From Octopus bimaculoides (lineage: Eukaryota): a stretch of DNA of 44,560 nucleotides. The notes beneath the pieces are model-generated. The model was given only the letters and a program-made list of their open reading frames with translations, searched no databases and was not told the origin of the DNA. The stretch lies in NCBI RefSeq assembly GCF_001194135.2, contig NC_068988.1, positions 33,578,108 to 33,622,667 of the forward strand, read 5' to 3'. Below are positions 12,718-26,208 of this stretch, piece after piece; within the stretch, counting starts at the first letter, position 1; each line of letters starts with the position of its first letter. A program made the translations under genes and the position numbers.

Positions 12718-12904
12718 TGTTGGATTGTTATAAAGCCCACTTCGGTATACAGTATACTTAGTACAACCAGTAAAGCCATGACTATCTCTCTCACCGCCTA
12801 CTACCTACTCCCGTACTTCACGTACTTCTTTTCACTTATAGTGACTAGGTTATTTCGTTCGTCACGTGGGAGGAGTGTACCATTATTACTAATTCCCAAC
12901 AACA
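12718..12904 (-). mobile_element. Putative 3' LTR (187 bp) of the adjacent Gypsy element
   Basis: On the minus strand the purine tract aaaagtggagagg (12905-12917) is immediately followed by TGTTG, and the segment ends in CAACA at 12718. No partner 5' LTR is seen. Confidence 0.55.
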
Positions 12905-14450
12905 CCTCTCCACTTTTATGTTTTACTTACGAAGTGTCATTTTCAGGAACTCCGTATGTTTTCTTTTCCTCTCACTTGTACCCATGGCTTCAATCACCTG
13001 TAGTGGCGTTGCTGCTTGGAATGCATCGGTTCCTCCAATTGTTTGCTTAGCTTTCCACGAATCACTTTTACAGTTGTTTCCTGCGTTTCTTTCGTATGGA
13101 TTTTCTTCTTTCTACCCAATACATAATTTTACTTATACATTTAGTAATTACGCCATCTTCCCAACTCTGCTTTCCATTCTTGTATGCCCTCATATACACC
13201 TTTTCACTAACTTTAAAGAATCTTGCTCTGTCCTCCCTGGCACTTTTCTTTTCTTGCCAGGTCGCAATTTATCAAAGACTGATTTCACTTTCCTTGCAAA
13301 CATCAGCTCCGCAAGTGAACTATCTTCTGGTGTATTTGGATTTGGTGTCACTCTTAAAAATTGTTGTAGAGCTGCCTCATCTGTGACTTCCTTATTCAAA
13401 TTTCTAATGACATTTTTGAAGGTATTGACGAAGCGTTCCTGCTTGTCCATTAGGGGATGGTATGGCTCCGTAGTTATATGTTCTATCGTGAACATTTCAC
13501 ATATGTTTAGTTCGCTAGACACGAATTGCGTTAGATTGTCAGACACTATCTTGTCTGAGATGCCAAATCTCGCAAACAGTTCGTGTAAAGAATTTTTTAC
13601 AGTTGAAAAGGATGGTTTTATAAACTTACAAATTTCAGGCCATTTCGAAAAACTATCAACTACCACTAAGTAGTTCTTCGTTCTTAAATGCGTCTTTATA
13701 TGTCCTATATTTCAACAACGAAAGCACTCCGCTTTTTTTCAATGGACAAATTTTTGTCAGGTGTATACCTCCACATACAAAACATAGGTTTATTTCTTGA
13801 TTTTTGTCGTGACTTTTAGAAAACACTTTATCTCTATTCTGACTATTTCGCACTTGTTTCACTTGGAAACAACCTTTCCGTTCGATTTCTTCTCTGCTGT
13901 GTCTTCATTTAACTATCCTCTCACATGCTTCAGACAGTTGCTGAAGAGTAACATACTGATTTTCTTCAGCTTTGCGAGAATTCTAGTTCTAACTTCTCAG
14001 TCTTTTCGGCAGTAAGTCCCTGTGTAAAAATCAGGAAATTGAATATATCGCTAATTCGTCCGGCTTAAACTTCTCGCATTCCCCGTTTTATCTACGAGCA
14101 TATGTGATGTAGTCCTCGTCGCTGTTTTTCCCTGTATTCAGACACTTCCAAAATGTGTAGAACAATGAAATTTTTACATTGAAAATTTTTCACAATATAT
14201 CTATTGTGTCATTAATATTTATGTCAGAACGTTTTCATGGGAGTATATAATTACTGTACCGTTCATGTTCTGTTGCCGCCAGTTTTCTCAAGATTAAGCG
14301 GGTTTTCATCTCGTCGTCCCAGTCTTTACCTTCTTTCTCGAAGATTTGCTCAATTCTTCTGTAGTTAGCTTCGAAGGTAACTCCTTCGCTTAATTCCTTC
14401 TTTGAACTCTGTTATCGAGTTCGCAATATAGCCTGGCGAGAACACATTTT
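12905..14450 (-). mobile_element. Ty3/Gypsy remnant with gag and integrase core but no protease, RT or RNase H
   Basis: Gag VTFEANYRRIEQIFEKEGKDWDDEMKTRLILRKLAATEHERYSNYILP at about 14230-14390. Knuckles CFVCGGIHLTKICP and CFRC*NIGH. rve core YLVVVDSFSKWPE...LFARFGISDKIVSDNLTQFVS...PYHP in ORF 13190-13666. Confidence 0.9.
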
Positions 14451-14489
14451 CTGATGTTCCTGAAGACTTCAGTAATTGCAACATTTGTT

Positions 14490-14850
14490 GATGTAATATC
14501 ATTTGGGTCTATAGAAGATGTTTGTTTCGATGTGGTTATTGACTATATTAATTAGGATGTCAAGAAAAGGGAGTTGTTTACTGCCGTGTTCCATGGTGAA
14601 TTGTATGTTGCTATTAATTTTGTTAGGCATTATTTTGAATTCGAGGAGTTTGTCCATGCTGTCTTTCCAAAGCATAAAGCATTCGTCCAAATACCTCTTC
14701 CAGTTCTCCTTTAAATAGCAATGAACGAAGTGTCATATTTTTGTAGTGTTTGAAGTAACCATGTTCAGGGTTAAGTCACGGAGGTAAATTCTTCCATTTA
14801 TTGTGAGATGATGTGGGTGGATTAGTAGATATTGGTTCCCCAAAGTTTAG
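14490..14850 (-). mobile_element. PLE RT fragment, inverted relative to the adjacent 3' half
   Basis: KENWKRYLDECFMLWKDSMDKLLEF...NIQFTMEHGSKQLPFLDILI...IETNIFYRP (degenerate YxDD motif; ORF 14499-14690). Confidence 0.8.
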
Positions 14851-14854
14851 GTTA

Positions 14855-15760
14855 GTCAGAACCCACAGAGTCTAAACAATACCTATTATTCAACTCATGC
14901 CACCCCAAACACATAAAAATTAATATACCTTATAATCTAGCGAGAAGAATATGTACCTTAGTTTCGGACGCCTATATTCGTGCACGAAGACGCCTAGAAC
15001 TCAGATCAATACTAATCAAAAGACATTACCCAATATCATTAATAAATGATGGAATTAAATGAGCTAAGGAAATAGGCATACGAACATTAAGGGAAGTCAA
15101 CCGAAATACTAAACCAAACTTAAAAATACTCCCATACATCTCCTCACATAACCCTAGAAACATCCAAAATCTACCTCACAAGAGATAAATCAATGAAAAA
15201 ATTTTAGGCTCACACAAATTATCAAAAGTAAAATGAAACATAAATCATTGAAAAAATATTAACCAGCGCAAGACTATATCCATTAACAACAGAACCAAAA
15301 GTGAAAAAATGTGGTCGACCTAACTGTGGTACTTGCCCCCACTTTTTGGAAGGTTCAGAGTTCCACTTTAAACATGGTAAACTATTTAAGAATAAATCAA
15401 ATTTCACCTGTGCCTCAGAAAATCTAATCTATGCCAATACATGCTTAGGGTGTAGTAATTATGATATTGGTCAAACAGGAATATCACTCCGCAGAAGAAC
15501 CACTCTCCACAAAGAACAAATCCGCCACCCACAAGACAGACAGATACAGGTCGGTGGACACATAGAAAGGTGTGCGAGGAATCTAAATCCTAATTTCCTA
15601 ATTTTTCCCTTCTATCAATGTTCACAGAACACCTTAATACAACAAAGAATGAATAAAGAGGCAACTTTCATCAATAAATATCTTCCACNNNNNNNNNNAT
15701 GAATAAAGAGGCAACTTTCATCAATAAATATCTTCCACAACGAAATATGAACACATAACA
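14855..15760 (+). mobile_element. PLE 3' half: RT thumb and GIY-YIG endonuclease
   Basis: PTESKQYLLFNSCHPKHIKINIPYNLARRICTLVSD from about 14865. ORF 15301-15702 reads CGRPNCGTC...NLIYANTCLGCSNYDIGQTG..LRRRTTLH...GGHIERC (GIY-YIG with C/H ligands). Confidence 0.9.
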
Positions 15761-16243
15761 TAATACAGAACACTACTAACCTTTCATTTAATACCATAAA
15801 CCCCCATACATCTCATACACCATTCAAATTACAGATCTAAATCTACCCTAATTGCAACAAATCCAGAACTACTTACCTCCCTTACACATAATCTTTTTAC
15901 TCAAGGACTAGTAGAACTGACACCGTTCAGTTTTCGGTGTGCATTCAAAGCAATGATTAGTTACATTACGTAACCTGTAAGCTTTTGAATCTCTTTAACA
16001 ATTCACAATAATGACTTTTATTACTTTTATCCCAACCTCAGTTCATCTAATTGTATATATCGATCGTTATATTTCATAAAAAGCCTTTTATTTCAATGTG
16101 CTTTTTGGCTTATTTTTCTTCTTACTTTCCCCTTACATTTCCACGTGTAGTTTTTATTTTGTTCTTGTAACATATTACTATTATATNNNNNNNNNNTATA
16201 TATATATATATATATATATTGGGATTATGCATATCTGTATATA

Positions 16244-17130
16244 TTGGTTCATCTTGTAAATAATGCGGTCTTTTTCAATTGAATAAACTAAATGTCGGAG
16301 TGGGGTGCAGTAAAATGTTATCTTGTGCTCATCCTTAGTGCAAGTTTTGAGTAGTGCAGTTCGATTTTCAGTGTTATAATGGAAGTGACAAAGGAGCATA
16401 TTCGGCATGTTTTGCTCTGAGTTCAATAAATGCAACAACGCAACGGAAAGTGCGAGGAATATTAATGCAGTATATGGGCATGAAACAATAATTGTAAGCC
16501 AATATTAACGGTGGCTCCGGAAATTCCGAGTCGCAAAATACGGCCTACAAGACGTGCCTCGCCCTGGAAGATTTTTAGTACTTGACGAAGACGTCCTGCA
16601 AAACCTGATGCAACTAAATCCCATCGTAACTGCTGAGGAACTAGCAGAGAAGCTTGGACCTGGTCATTCGCCCATTCATCGACACCAGCGAGCCATCGGA
16701 AAAGTCAGCAGAGTAGTTCAATGCGTTCTTCAGAAACTTTCCGAGTCTAATATCGCGCATAGTGTGAGTATGTGCGCCTCTTTGCTGTCACGTGTCACGT
16801 TTGAAACATTTTGGGACCGACTAACGTCTGGTGACGAGGAATGGGTACTCTATAAAAATTTAAGCGCCGAAGACAGTGGGTAGTGAAAGGAGCAGCACCG
16901 GCATCACAGGGTGAAGAACATCTTTACCCACGTAAGGTGTCGTTATCTGTTTGGTGTCAGCGCTAGAAGAAAAAATGACCATCTTTGATATCAAGGCGAA
17001 ACATACATATCCAGTAACAAGAGAAGTCCAACCGTATAATAACATTTAGTAATCAATAGCCGGAGAGGGGCTTCAGGAAGCACACTGTACAGTCATTCCG
17101 CAGATCACATTAATATAATACTGACTACAA
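16244..17130 (+). mobile_element. Mariner (Tc1/mariner) transposon remnant, internally deleted
   Basis: TA followed by a TIR-like ttggttcatcttgtaaataatgcgg. ATG at 16379 gives MEVTKEHIRHVLL, then after a frameshift EFNKCNNATESARNINAVYG...DVPRPGR...LTSGDEEWVLYKN (GDEKW motif). A degenerate YSPDLAPSDY-like segment lies near 17090-17130. Confidence 0.85.
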
Positions 17131-17149
17131 TCTCACACCCGGATGTTGT

Positions 17150-18660
17150 CGTTATTGTAGCATTGCTTGCAAAATAGAGTAAATCATAGTCGATATTTAC
17201 CTCAAGCAAACAAAATGGCTTATCTGAAACTAGTTCATTTATACGTAGAATGAGATAGAATATATTTGGCTTCGACAACATTAATAAAAAGGTTGAACTT
17301 AACGAATTCGAAGAAATACTTAAATGTGATTTTATATATCTAAGACGAGCCAACCGAATTGACACGTGGCACCATTGGAGGAACTGTATGATATACTTAA
17401 GAATATAAAATTCAGGATATTCCATAGGAGGCACAACTAGCGCTAGAAGAAATTGAAGAACATATTCGTGGATATAAGACTTGTAACAATTATCTTGGTA
17501 CCAGCGAATAAAACTGGTAATTTAGATCATGTTAATACTGAAGTTTATTAACAGAAAACTTGCCATGAAAGAACTAAAGAGTAAATATAAACATACACCT
17601 AATGAATCATTATCTAAGATAAAAAGGAAAAGTTTTATTTTTAAAAAGTTACAGATCTGAGAGTAGAAGAGTAGAAGATCAAAAACCTACACGCATAGTA
17701 ATCTTAGACTTCATTTTAAAGTCCACAAATATAATTTTCACAACGACCCAGCCGTTAGACAGATATACCTCTGAAACTCGGAACTATATAGAATTATAGA
17801 TGAGGGTTATTCAATATTTAAATTACACTATGGCCTGAGACAGTGGATGTTCTCCAGGTACAAAATCCTGGAGAACAAAAGTAGTAAATGTAGTAAACTT
17901 ATACGAGTTGATATCTCAAATTATTATTCTACGATTAATACCATGTTATAAAATATAATGCATTTATATTGCAAAACCCAATTCCGATTTAACATGATAT
18001 GATATAGATATGATATTATCTGGCCTGAGAACAATAATAGACGTTGATGGTAATTTTAGGAAATGATCAGATTGAATGGATTGTTTCGACAAAACAATGA
18101 GGTCAACGACTCAGCACAGGTCACTGATCTTATTGGATTTTACATTATTTTCAAGATGGAATGCTGACTTCCTAAATCATGATTCTGGATAGCGACGATA
18201 GTAGATGATTGTATTAAAGTGGAAATGGTGATGTATAGGAAAAGATTATTTAATTTTGTTTCTAGAAATTTACGACTATCTATAACTATTGAAAATAATT
18301 ATTACGGCGTGAATTTTCATTATGCAACGCTTAATATAAATACTGTATTATACCAGCCATGAGATAAATCTAACGAAAATTCAAGATATATCAATAAGAA
18401 ATCTATCATGCATAATAAACAGAATAGAGAAAAGTGTGTCAAATAGAATATCAAAGCTTTCTGCAAAAGAAAGTAATATTCAATCCTCATGCAGATTATT
18501 AAAATGCAGCGTTAGCTTGTCAGGATACATTGCCAAAATTAAATATATATCTAAGAATAGTATAGTTAATCAATATAAGAATTAAAACGAAAACACCAAA
18601 ACCTATAAAGGTGAGAAATAACAGTAAAATTAAATAAAATGCAGATGATAGTGATGACAT
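17150..18660 (+). mobile_element. Penelope-like element ORF remnant (N-terminal region and RT), heavily decayed
   Basis: ILVPANKTGNLDHV at about 17490-17535 and DSAQVTDLIGFYI at 18108-18146. Same family motifs as the 8840 and 30990 copies. Confidence 0.75.
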
Positions 18661-18774
18661 TATGGGAAACGATTTTATTATAATATTCATCGTTATATAT
18701 CCTCTAATTTCATACTAGTTTCTATGTGTATTAGGATATGTGGTTAAAATAGAAAGATCTCCAGGTTATTATTG

Positions 18775-18787
18775 ATATATATATATA

Positions 18788-18824
<37 letters not shown>

Positions 18825-19040
18825 ATATATATATATGGATATATATNNNNNNNNNNNNNNNNNNNNNNNNNNNNNNNNNNNNNNNNNNNNNNNNNNNNNN
18901 NNNNNNNNNNNNNNNNNNNNNNNNNNNNNNNNNNNNNNNNNNNNNNNNNNNNNNTATATATATATATATATATATATGTGTATATGTACGTATGTATGCG
19001 TGTACGTATGTATGTGCATGTATGTATATATCCACTTGCA
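18775..19040. repeat. (TA)n/(TG)n/(TATG)n microsatellites around a gap
   Basis: Directly visible; gap at 18847-18954. Confidence 0.95.
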
Positions 19041-20197
19041 TGGTGTTATTATCGAATGAATACTGAATGTATCTCTACAGTGGTATTATTACATGTAAGT
19101 AGACATATTACGATATATAGAAGTATGTAGGTTTGTATAAAACAAACCTTGCAAGTTTACCCAATAGCATTAAATTCATTTTTAACTATAAACGCATAAT
19201 TCCAAAGAAATCTATAGACATACGAAAAGAGTATTATTATATGAGCGTGATTGTAGTTTTCATAAGTAGAATAACATGAATGCGTAGGCATTCGTGATAA
19301 AGATAGGTTTCAGTTTATATTTTGCAAAATACATCTACATACATTTGTATGTATATTTGTGATGAATAGCTCTATACATACACACACACACACACACCTA
19401 TACATATATGTATATACATATATATATATATAAAAGATGGAGGTGATTATCGNNNNNNNNNNNNNNNNNNNNNNNNNNNNNNNNNNNNNNNNNNNNNNNN
19501 NNNNNNNNNNNNNNNNNNNNNNNNNNNNNNNNNNNATATATATATATTATATATATTTATGTATGTATGTATGTATGTGGACATGCGTGTGCCAGAAAAT
19601 GTGTTGCTTTAATAGCCTATCCAAAAGACCTGGAAAGCGACAGGGATAAAGACTGTGGAAGTGATACAATGTATATTTGAAGACACGCACGTAAGTCACA
19701 GTTTTAGGTATCCTGCTGTGTTAAAGAAATGACCATATGATACTGCTTTCCTTTGAAGTGGAACGGTAATAAACACAATAGATGGGTATTCGTTAGAGTT
19801 TATCGTTTTATGATATACTTGCCTTTAAATGTTCTTTTTTTTTTCAAAGAATTCCAGACAAGCCTCTTATTAAAGGTCGATCGAATATGCTACCTTTTAT
19901 TGTTATTTTTTAGTTACCTTTGTTGTTTTGTTCCCACTTGTATCTCTTTGTATTTCCTTTTCCCTTTTGTGAGAGGAATATGAAAAATAGTATTTTGGTA
20001 TGGAACTCATATGAAGAAACTACAAACGGTATAGCAGTGCGTTGATTAAAAACTGCAGATTCAACAGCTGTTGTAAAATCATATCAATCCAATATTTAAT
20101 ATAAAATGTGTACCATTCAGCAATTAACATCTGATAGTGATGCGGTGAAACAATTGTAGTGATTTGTCATAAAGCCTTTTTAATCAATCTCGTACCG

Positions 20198-20232
<35 letters not shown>

Positions 20233-21899
20233 AAGTGTATGAAGGTTTGTGCATCCACAAAATTTATTTCATAATGATATGCAGCACATTATAAGGATAT
20301 ACACGTGTTTTCACAGCACGTGCAGACAATGTTTTCCGTCCAGCGTGTATATATATATATATCACAGTTTTAATTATTGCTGATTTTCGACATTCTTCCT
20401 CCTTTCACTTCGGACTCTCTATCTTTCTGTGTCCAACAAAAGCTTAGCTCGAAGCGTAAATCAACATATGTCCTCCTTCACCGAGCGTCATACTAATATA
20501 TTGCATGTACTACGTCGTCAGGTCGCTTGTTTTTTCGTTCTGTTTTGTTCACTACTTTTTTTAATTGACTATATATCTATCTATCTATATATATATATAT
20601 ATATGTACATGTACACATACATACATACATACATACAAACATGCATACATACATACATATATATGATTCGTTTCTCCATGCTAGTCAAGTTTTGCAGGCT
20701 GCGAACTGGAGTCTGACTACCTACTTCATGCTCCTTATTTGCTAATGAATGTGTATAACACATAGTGTTTATTCGAATATATGAAATAAAATGTATAAGA
20801 TAAAATTAATGTAGAAAACTTTTAATCGTACAAAATGTTTGCTTATAAACGGATTTTTTAATCTATTTCAGTAATGGAATTCTTTAATGAAAACATATCT
20901 ATATTCGAAGTAATTGTATTCGGGAGTTTAACTGTTTTCATATTAAAGAAATACGTCATGCTTACCGTCTCCTATATAAATTTATGTATATGGATGTAAC
21001 TCAAATTAGAAATATATATAATTTTTACATTCAAATGTTCTAACATCAGGTTGTTAGTATCGCTATGACTAAACGATATATATATATATATATATATATT
21101 TATAAAGCCTGAGTTAATGCATGCAAACTTGACCTCGTAATGTGCATCATTGTTTCCAGGTTGTCTTTAGTACGAATGTAGTTGCGGGCGGATTCGGACG
21201 TGTTTCACCAAAGGGAACTAAATATGCAAGAGATAAGATAAACGTTGTTTTATCAAATTTCCTTAGGTACTTCTGTCAATCGAGGATGCGCAAACTACGT
21301 GAAACGATATGACTTTCTGAACTGAAGACCTTGTCACACAAAGTATTACACTATTAGAACTATAAAATACAAGTTATAGGCCGGGTAGTATCATGTAAAC
21401 ACCGAGGCTTTTTGCTATAATTGCGTAATGAACATAAATACTTAACAAAAATAAATTTTATAAATTTTACTGAACCAAAGAAATCCCTGTGTTGATTTGC
21501 AGCCCGTTAGAATTTATATCAGAATATCACTTAGATCACACATGAACATTTTAAGACCTCATATGTATCGAGAAGGTAGATAAAGATGCATTATGTATGA
21601 AAAATATAAATCACATTGTCTCTTCAATCACAACTGTCCTGGGGGTAAAACGACTATCTTTAACAATGCTATAATTATTTTTATTGTTGGTGATAACATT
21701 GGTTGTTAGAATACTCAGAAGAATAGAAAAAAATTGTTATTATCACTGTTGTTAATATTATAGTAGTGTTTTGTTTCTATTGTGTATTTCAATACAAGGT
21801 ATGAAGTTCGTAACGAAGATAATAGTCTCACACTTAAACACGACACCTAACACGTGCAAGAACGTATACACATTCATACAGAGTTACTTGTAATATATG

Positions 21900-21904
21900 A
21901 ATAT

Positions 21905-21946
<42 letters not shown>

Positions 21947-22150
21947 ATATATATATATGTGTGTGTATGTGTGTGTATGCACTTATTTATAGAAGTACAT
22001 GCACAGTAGCACACACAAATTTATTGATATATAACTATATACACACAAACATACATTCACACATGCATACATACATACATAATACGTACATACGTACATA
22101 CATACATACATACATACATACATACATACATACATTCATACATACATATA
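21900..22150. repeat. (TA)n, (TG)n and (CATA)n arrays
   Basis: Directly visible. Confidence 0.95.
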
Positions 22151-22539
22151 GCCCCGTGTGACCTTTTGTGTCAAACTAAATCGGAGGTTAATGGAGTGTG
22201 TTTAATAATTCTGATAAGAGTATAAGAGTAATTGTGCACTCACTGACCAAAATTTTACAGCTAAGAAAATCAGTTATATATTCTGAAAAAATTATTAAAA
22301 ATAACATTCTACCTTAAGCGACAATACTAACAAAGCTTGATTCTAATAATATGTACGAATCTAATCTAGTAATAACAAAAGTGGAACCATATTAAAATAT
22401 CAAGAGTAGTTTTTGTATTGCACATGGGACGGATCAAACGCCAATGACTTTAAGTAAATATAATTACTAAATGATTATAGTTCATGATGTCTGTAATGAA
22501 GGCAGGTGAAAATAATTGGGAAACAAATATCGAGTATGA

Positions 22540-22731
22540 TATATATATGTGGGGTGGGTGTGTATATATACACATATATATACATATATATATGTGTGTG
22601 TATGTGTGTATATGTATGCATGTATATATGTATGTATGCATATATGTGTATATATATGTATACAATACATATACATATATATATGTGTGTGTATGTGTGT
22701 ATATGTATGCATGTATATATGTATGTATGCA
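22540..22731. repeat. Compound TA/TG/TATG microsatellite with an internal higher-order duplication
   Basis: The block tatatatgtgtgtgtatgtgtgtatatgtatgcatgtatatatgtatgtatgca occurs twice before the gap. Confidence 0.85.
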
Positions 22732-23149
22732 NNNNNNNNNNNNNNNNNNNNNNNNNNNNNNNNNNNNNNNNNNNNNNNNNNNNNNNNNNNNNNNNNNNNN
22801 NNNNNNNNNNNNNNNNNNNNNNNNNNNNNNNNNNNNNNNNNNNNNNNNNNNNNNNNNNNNNNNATATATATATATCGAATGAAAATATATCTGTAATTGT
22901 GCACTGGCACGTTTGTACGTATGTGCATGCATGCATATATGCGTGAATGTAAATATATAGTAGTATGTATATATTTATATTATATATATGTTTGTGAACG
23001 TGTGAGTGTGTGTGTGTGTGTGTGTAGGGGGGTTCTTTATATACGTGCCTGTGGTTTTTTTTTACCGGATGTCTAGCTGCAAATACAGATACAAAAATTG
23101 ACTGTCATTTTACCTGTTGAATTTCACCCCCCAGATAATTGTTTGATAG

Positions 23150-23640
23150 TTCGCCTGTTGTATTTAAGGCAACAATCATTTATCAGGGAATCTTGAACAG
23201 CTATGCTTTGTAAGTCTAACTGAGTCATTGCAAACGTGTGGAAATCCTTCGTTCATATTCACCAGTTATAAAACGAAAGCATTTTCGTTTTGTTTCTCCT
23301 CTTCCTACTTGAAGTGGATAGTATATTTTGGGGTAGTTGTTGCTTAATAGATTGTTACTTAGCTTGATCATTTCTTTGTGGTGTGTATCAGGATCGCTAC
23401 TTATGTTCTTTGCTCGATGTTTTAGGTACTGAACAATCCCTCTCTTTACACTGTATGGATGGTGGTATTTGAAGTTGAGGCAGCGTCCAGTGAAGGTTGG
23501 CGTGCGGTATACGGATGTTCTGAACCCATGTGTGCTCCTAATACACCCAGGAATGCTAGCTGATTGTCTTTTTCCTTTTCCATTGTGAACCGTATGGATG
23601 GCTTTATTGAGTTCATACGGATTAGCAGTACATGGACATC
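23150..23640 (-). mobile_element. PLE RT C-terminal and thumb fragment (Penelope/Poseidon-like)
   Basis: MNSIKPSIRFTMEKEKDNQLAFLGVL, then a frameshift, then GFRTSVYRTPTFTGRCLNFKYHHPYSVKRGIVQYLKHRAKNISSD...NLLSNNYP. Confidence 0.85.
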
Positions 23641-24453
23641 AGCCTGGTGGACCTAGAATATAATGGTATCATAAAGTATCGAAGCTATAGTGTTTGCTTT
23701 CATGGTGTTGATCCTGAAACCAAAATAATAATAATGATAATAATAACATCAGCAAAAATATACCTTAGGAATGAGAACCTAGAGTTGGGTCCAAAATCCT
23801 ACAAGGACACAGCTGAAACGTTGTGGTAACAAACAAGATGAGGACACACATACGTCTAATGTAAATAATATATTTATATATCTATAAGAAATAAGATACA
23901 AACTGAAATTAGGCAATCATACTCATACAGTTATAAATTCAACTTGAAAAGAATTTGATTTTATTAGGATACCTTTCTGCATGGTTTATATGTTTTTTTT
24001 ATCGTTTTTTTCTACAAGGACATGAACTCTGGAAACGGCCGTAGAAAGTGGACTTCCTCGAACTGTATTATATAACTTATATACTATTTATAAATTTTAA
24101 AAAATCACATCGATCTCTATGGATCTTTGAACTGAAACTCGTAACCCCTCGTAATTTCAGTACAAAACAAATTTTTTCAGTTTTCTTTTTCTCACACTCC
24201 CTTTCATACGTATCCCAAATGGGTTTTATTTAAATATATTTTTATGTATATTTATACTTATAGTTTATAAATAATTTTAAAATTCTTCATATGTGTCGAT
24301 ATGTATTAATATATGTATGCGCATTTTAATTTATAACTGTATGTGTATGATTGCTTAATTTAAGTTTATATCTTAATTTTTATCTTTTTCTCGGGTTCGA
24401 CACGTGCACTTCTTAAGCCGTTCTATATTTTCCTATGAAAGAACAATAATATT

Positions 24454-24503
<50 letters not shown>

Positions 24504-24510
24504 GTATTTA

Positions 24511-24546
<36 letters not shown>

Positions 24547-24549
24547 TAT

Positions 24550-24985
24550 AAGCGGTGTTATTGTACGGGGTTGAGACGTGGCGAACAACAGTTAAGTCAA
24601 ATAAGCAAATACAATCATTCATCAACAGATGCTTGCGTAGTATACTTAAAATTAGATGGCCTGAACACATAAGTAATATGGGGCTAGTGCAAAGAACGAA
24701 TCAAGTTTCGATTAGGGAGCAATTATTTAAGAAAAAGTGGAAGTGGATTGGTAGCACACTTAGAAAAGACACACCAAATGTAGCGAAAAGTGCTTTACAG
24801 TCGAATCCAGGTGAATATAGAAAGAGGGGTAGGCCGAAGAACTCGTGACGTAGATCAGCACAAAAGGAACTAGAGAAAGGGGGGCATTCATGCCAGAGTA
24901 TAAGTACAAAAGCGAAAAATTATGCGACATGGAATTCAATTATCAGTGGCCTATACTCCGCGTTGGAGGGTTAAAGGCAAGAAAA
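24550..24985 (+). mobile_element. RTE-clade LINE 3' fragment
   Basis: ORF 24555-24848 reads LLYGVETW...RCLRSILKIRWPEHISN...KWKWIGSTLRK...RKRGRPKNS, the typical RTE C-terminus. It is inserted between TATG microsatellites. Confidence 0.9.
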
Positions 24986-25427
24986 AAAATATGTATGTAT
25001 GTATGTATGTATGTACTTATCACAGCTAGTTTGTGGAGTATTCAAGTGTTTTAACCACTGGCCCGTACCTAATGGACTTAAACCCTGTACTATTACTTAT
25101 TCCTGTATTCATGATAACTCTGAATAAAATAACATGCCTAATTATATTTTGTGTGCAATTACCCTTAAGCTTTGACATAAATAATTCCAAAAGTCAATTG
25201 TTTCAACACTACCATCAAACAGTGTCTGCATTGTAATTTATGAGAAGAAATTTGGCATGTGTCTGATAAAGTGCAAACCATACTTGTTTTATTACTTAGA
25301 ACGTTTTGAGCATTTTGCCAAAATTACGTGAGTGCTTCTGAAATAATTTGTACCACCCTATTCTCATTCATTATTAAATTTATTTACAATGTAACCTCTA
25401 AGTAAAATTATTTTTATCTACTACTAC

Positions 25428-25760
25428 TACTACTACTACTACTACCTACTGCTGCTGCTGCTGCTGCTGCTGCTATTGCTGCTGCTAATGCTACCACCAC
25501 CACCACCACCACTATTACTACTAATGCTACTACTACCAACACCAATTATTTTTCTGTTTCTTGTTTCTTCATCATGCTCTGCATTCTTCATATGTTTGTC
25601 CTCTGGTTGGTCTTCCTTCTTATCCGTCTTTTTCTTACTTTCGTATGTTTTTCTCTCTTTCTCTTCCCCCTCAGCCACTTCATCCTCCTCTTTCTCCTCC
25701 CCCGCCACGTTCTCCTCCTACTTCTTCTAATTCTGCTTTTTCTTCTACATATTCTTTTCG
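25428..25760. repeat. Compound trinucleotide array (CTA/CTG/CCA) and decayed CT-rich tract
   Basis: Directly visible. Confidence 0.9.
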
Positions 25761-26208
25761 TCTTCTCCTCATATTATTGATATCTAAACACGTTTATGCC
25801 TGCGTTTTATTTCCTACGAGTTGGTAAAGTTAAAAAAGCTGCTGTTTCATATAGGTGATCTTATCAAGAGTTATCTCTGCGCTGATTAACTTATACTGAT
25901 GAGCAAAAGCACTTTTTATCTTAAAATTTATTATCCAACGTGTATTCCTTATCTATATGATAATAACATTTCAAGCATATCTAACTGCTCTTTCTGGCAC
26001 CATGCATTGACGGCATCCATAGATTATGTGAACACCATATAAACTTAGTCTCTATGGGATTTGTGTCAAGGCCTACGGAATGTTATGCATTTTTCAAGGT
26101 TCACTCATTTCCCGTCGGCCCCCAAATTAAATTGTTTTATAATTTTGCCTTATGTCCCTTGGTATACCATATTAAACTGTGGCAGCATGTTGTTGGAACC
26201 ATCATTCA

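Noticed and set aside
15649-15738. 40-bp direct repeat on both sides of a 10-N gap
   Set aside because: Typical of an unmerged contig overlap at a scaffold join.
20696-21325. Short open frames after AG acceptors (CELESDYLLHAPY; VVFSTNVVAGGFGRVSPK; TSVNRGCANYVKRYDFLN*)
   Set aside because: No good donors, no recognisable homology, and lengths within chance expectation. GGFGRV alone does not make a kinase.
25442-25708. Acidic/Ser-Gly-rich ORF MAGEEKEEDE...
   Set aside because: It is the translation of a decayed CT-rich and trinucleotide repeat tract.
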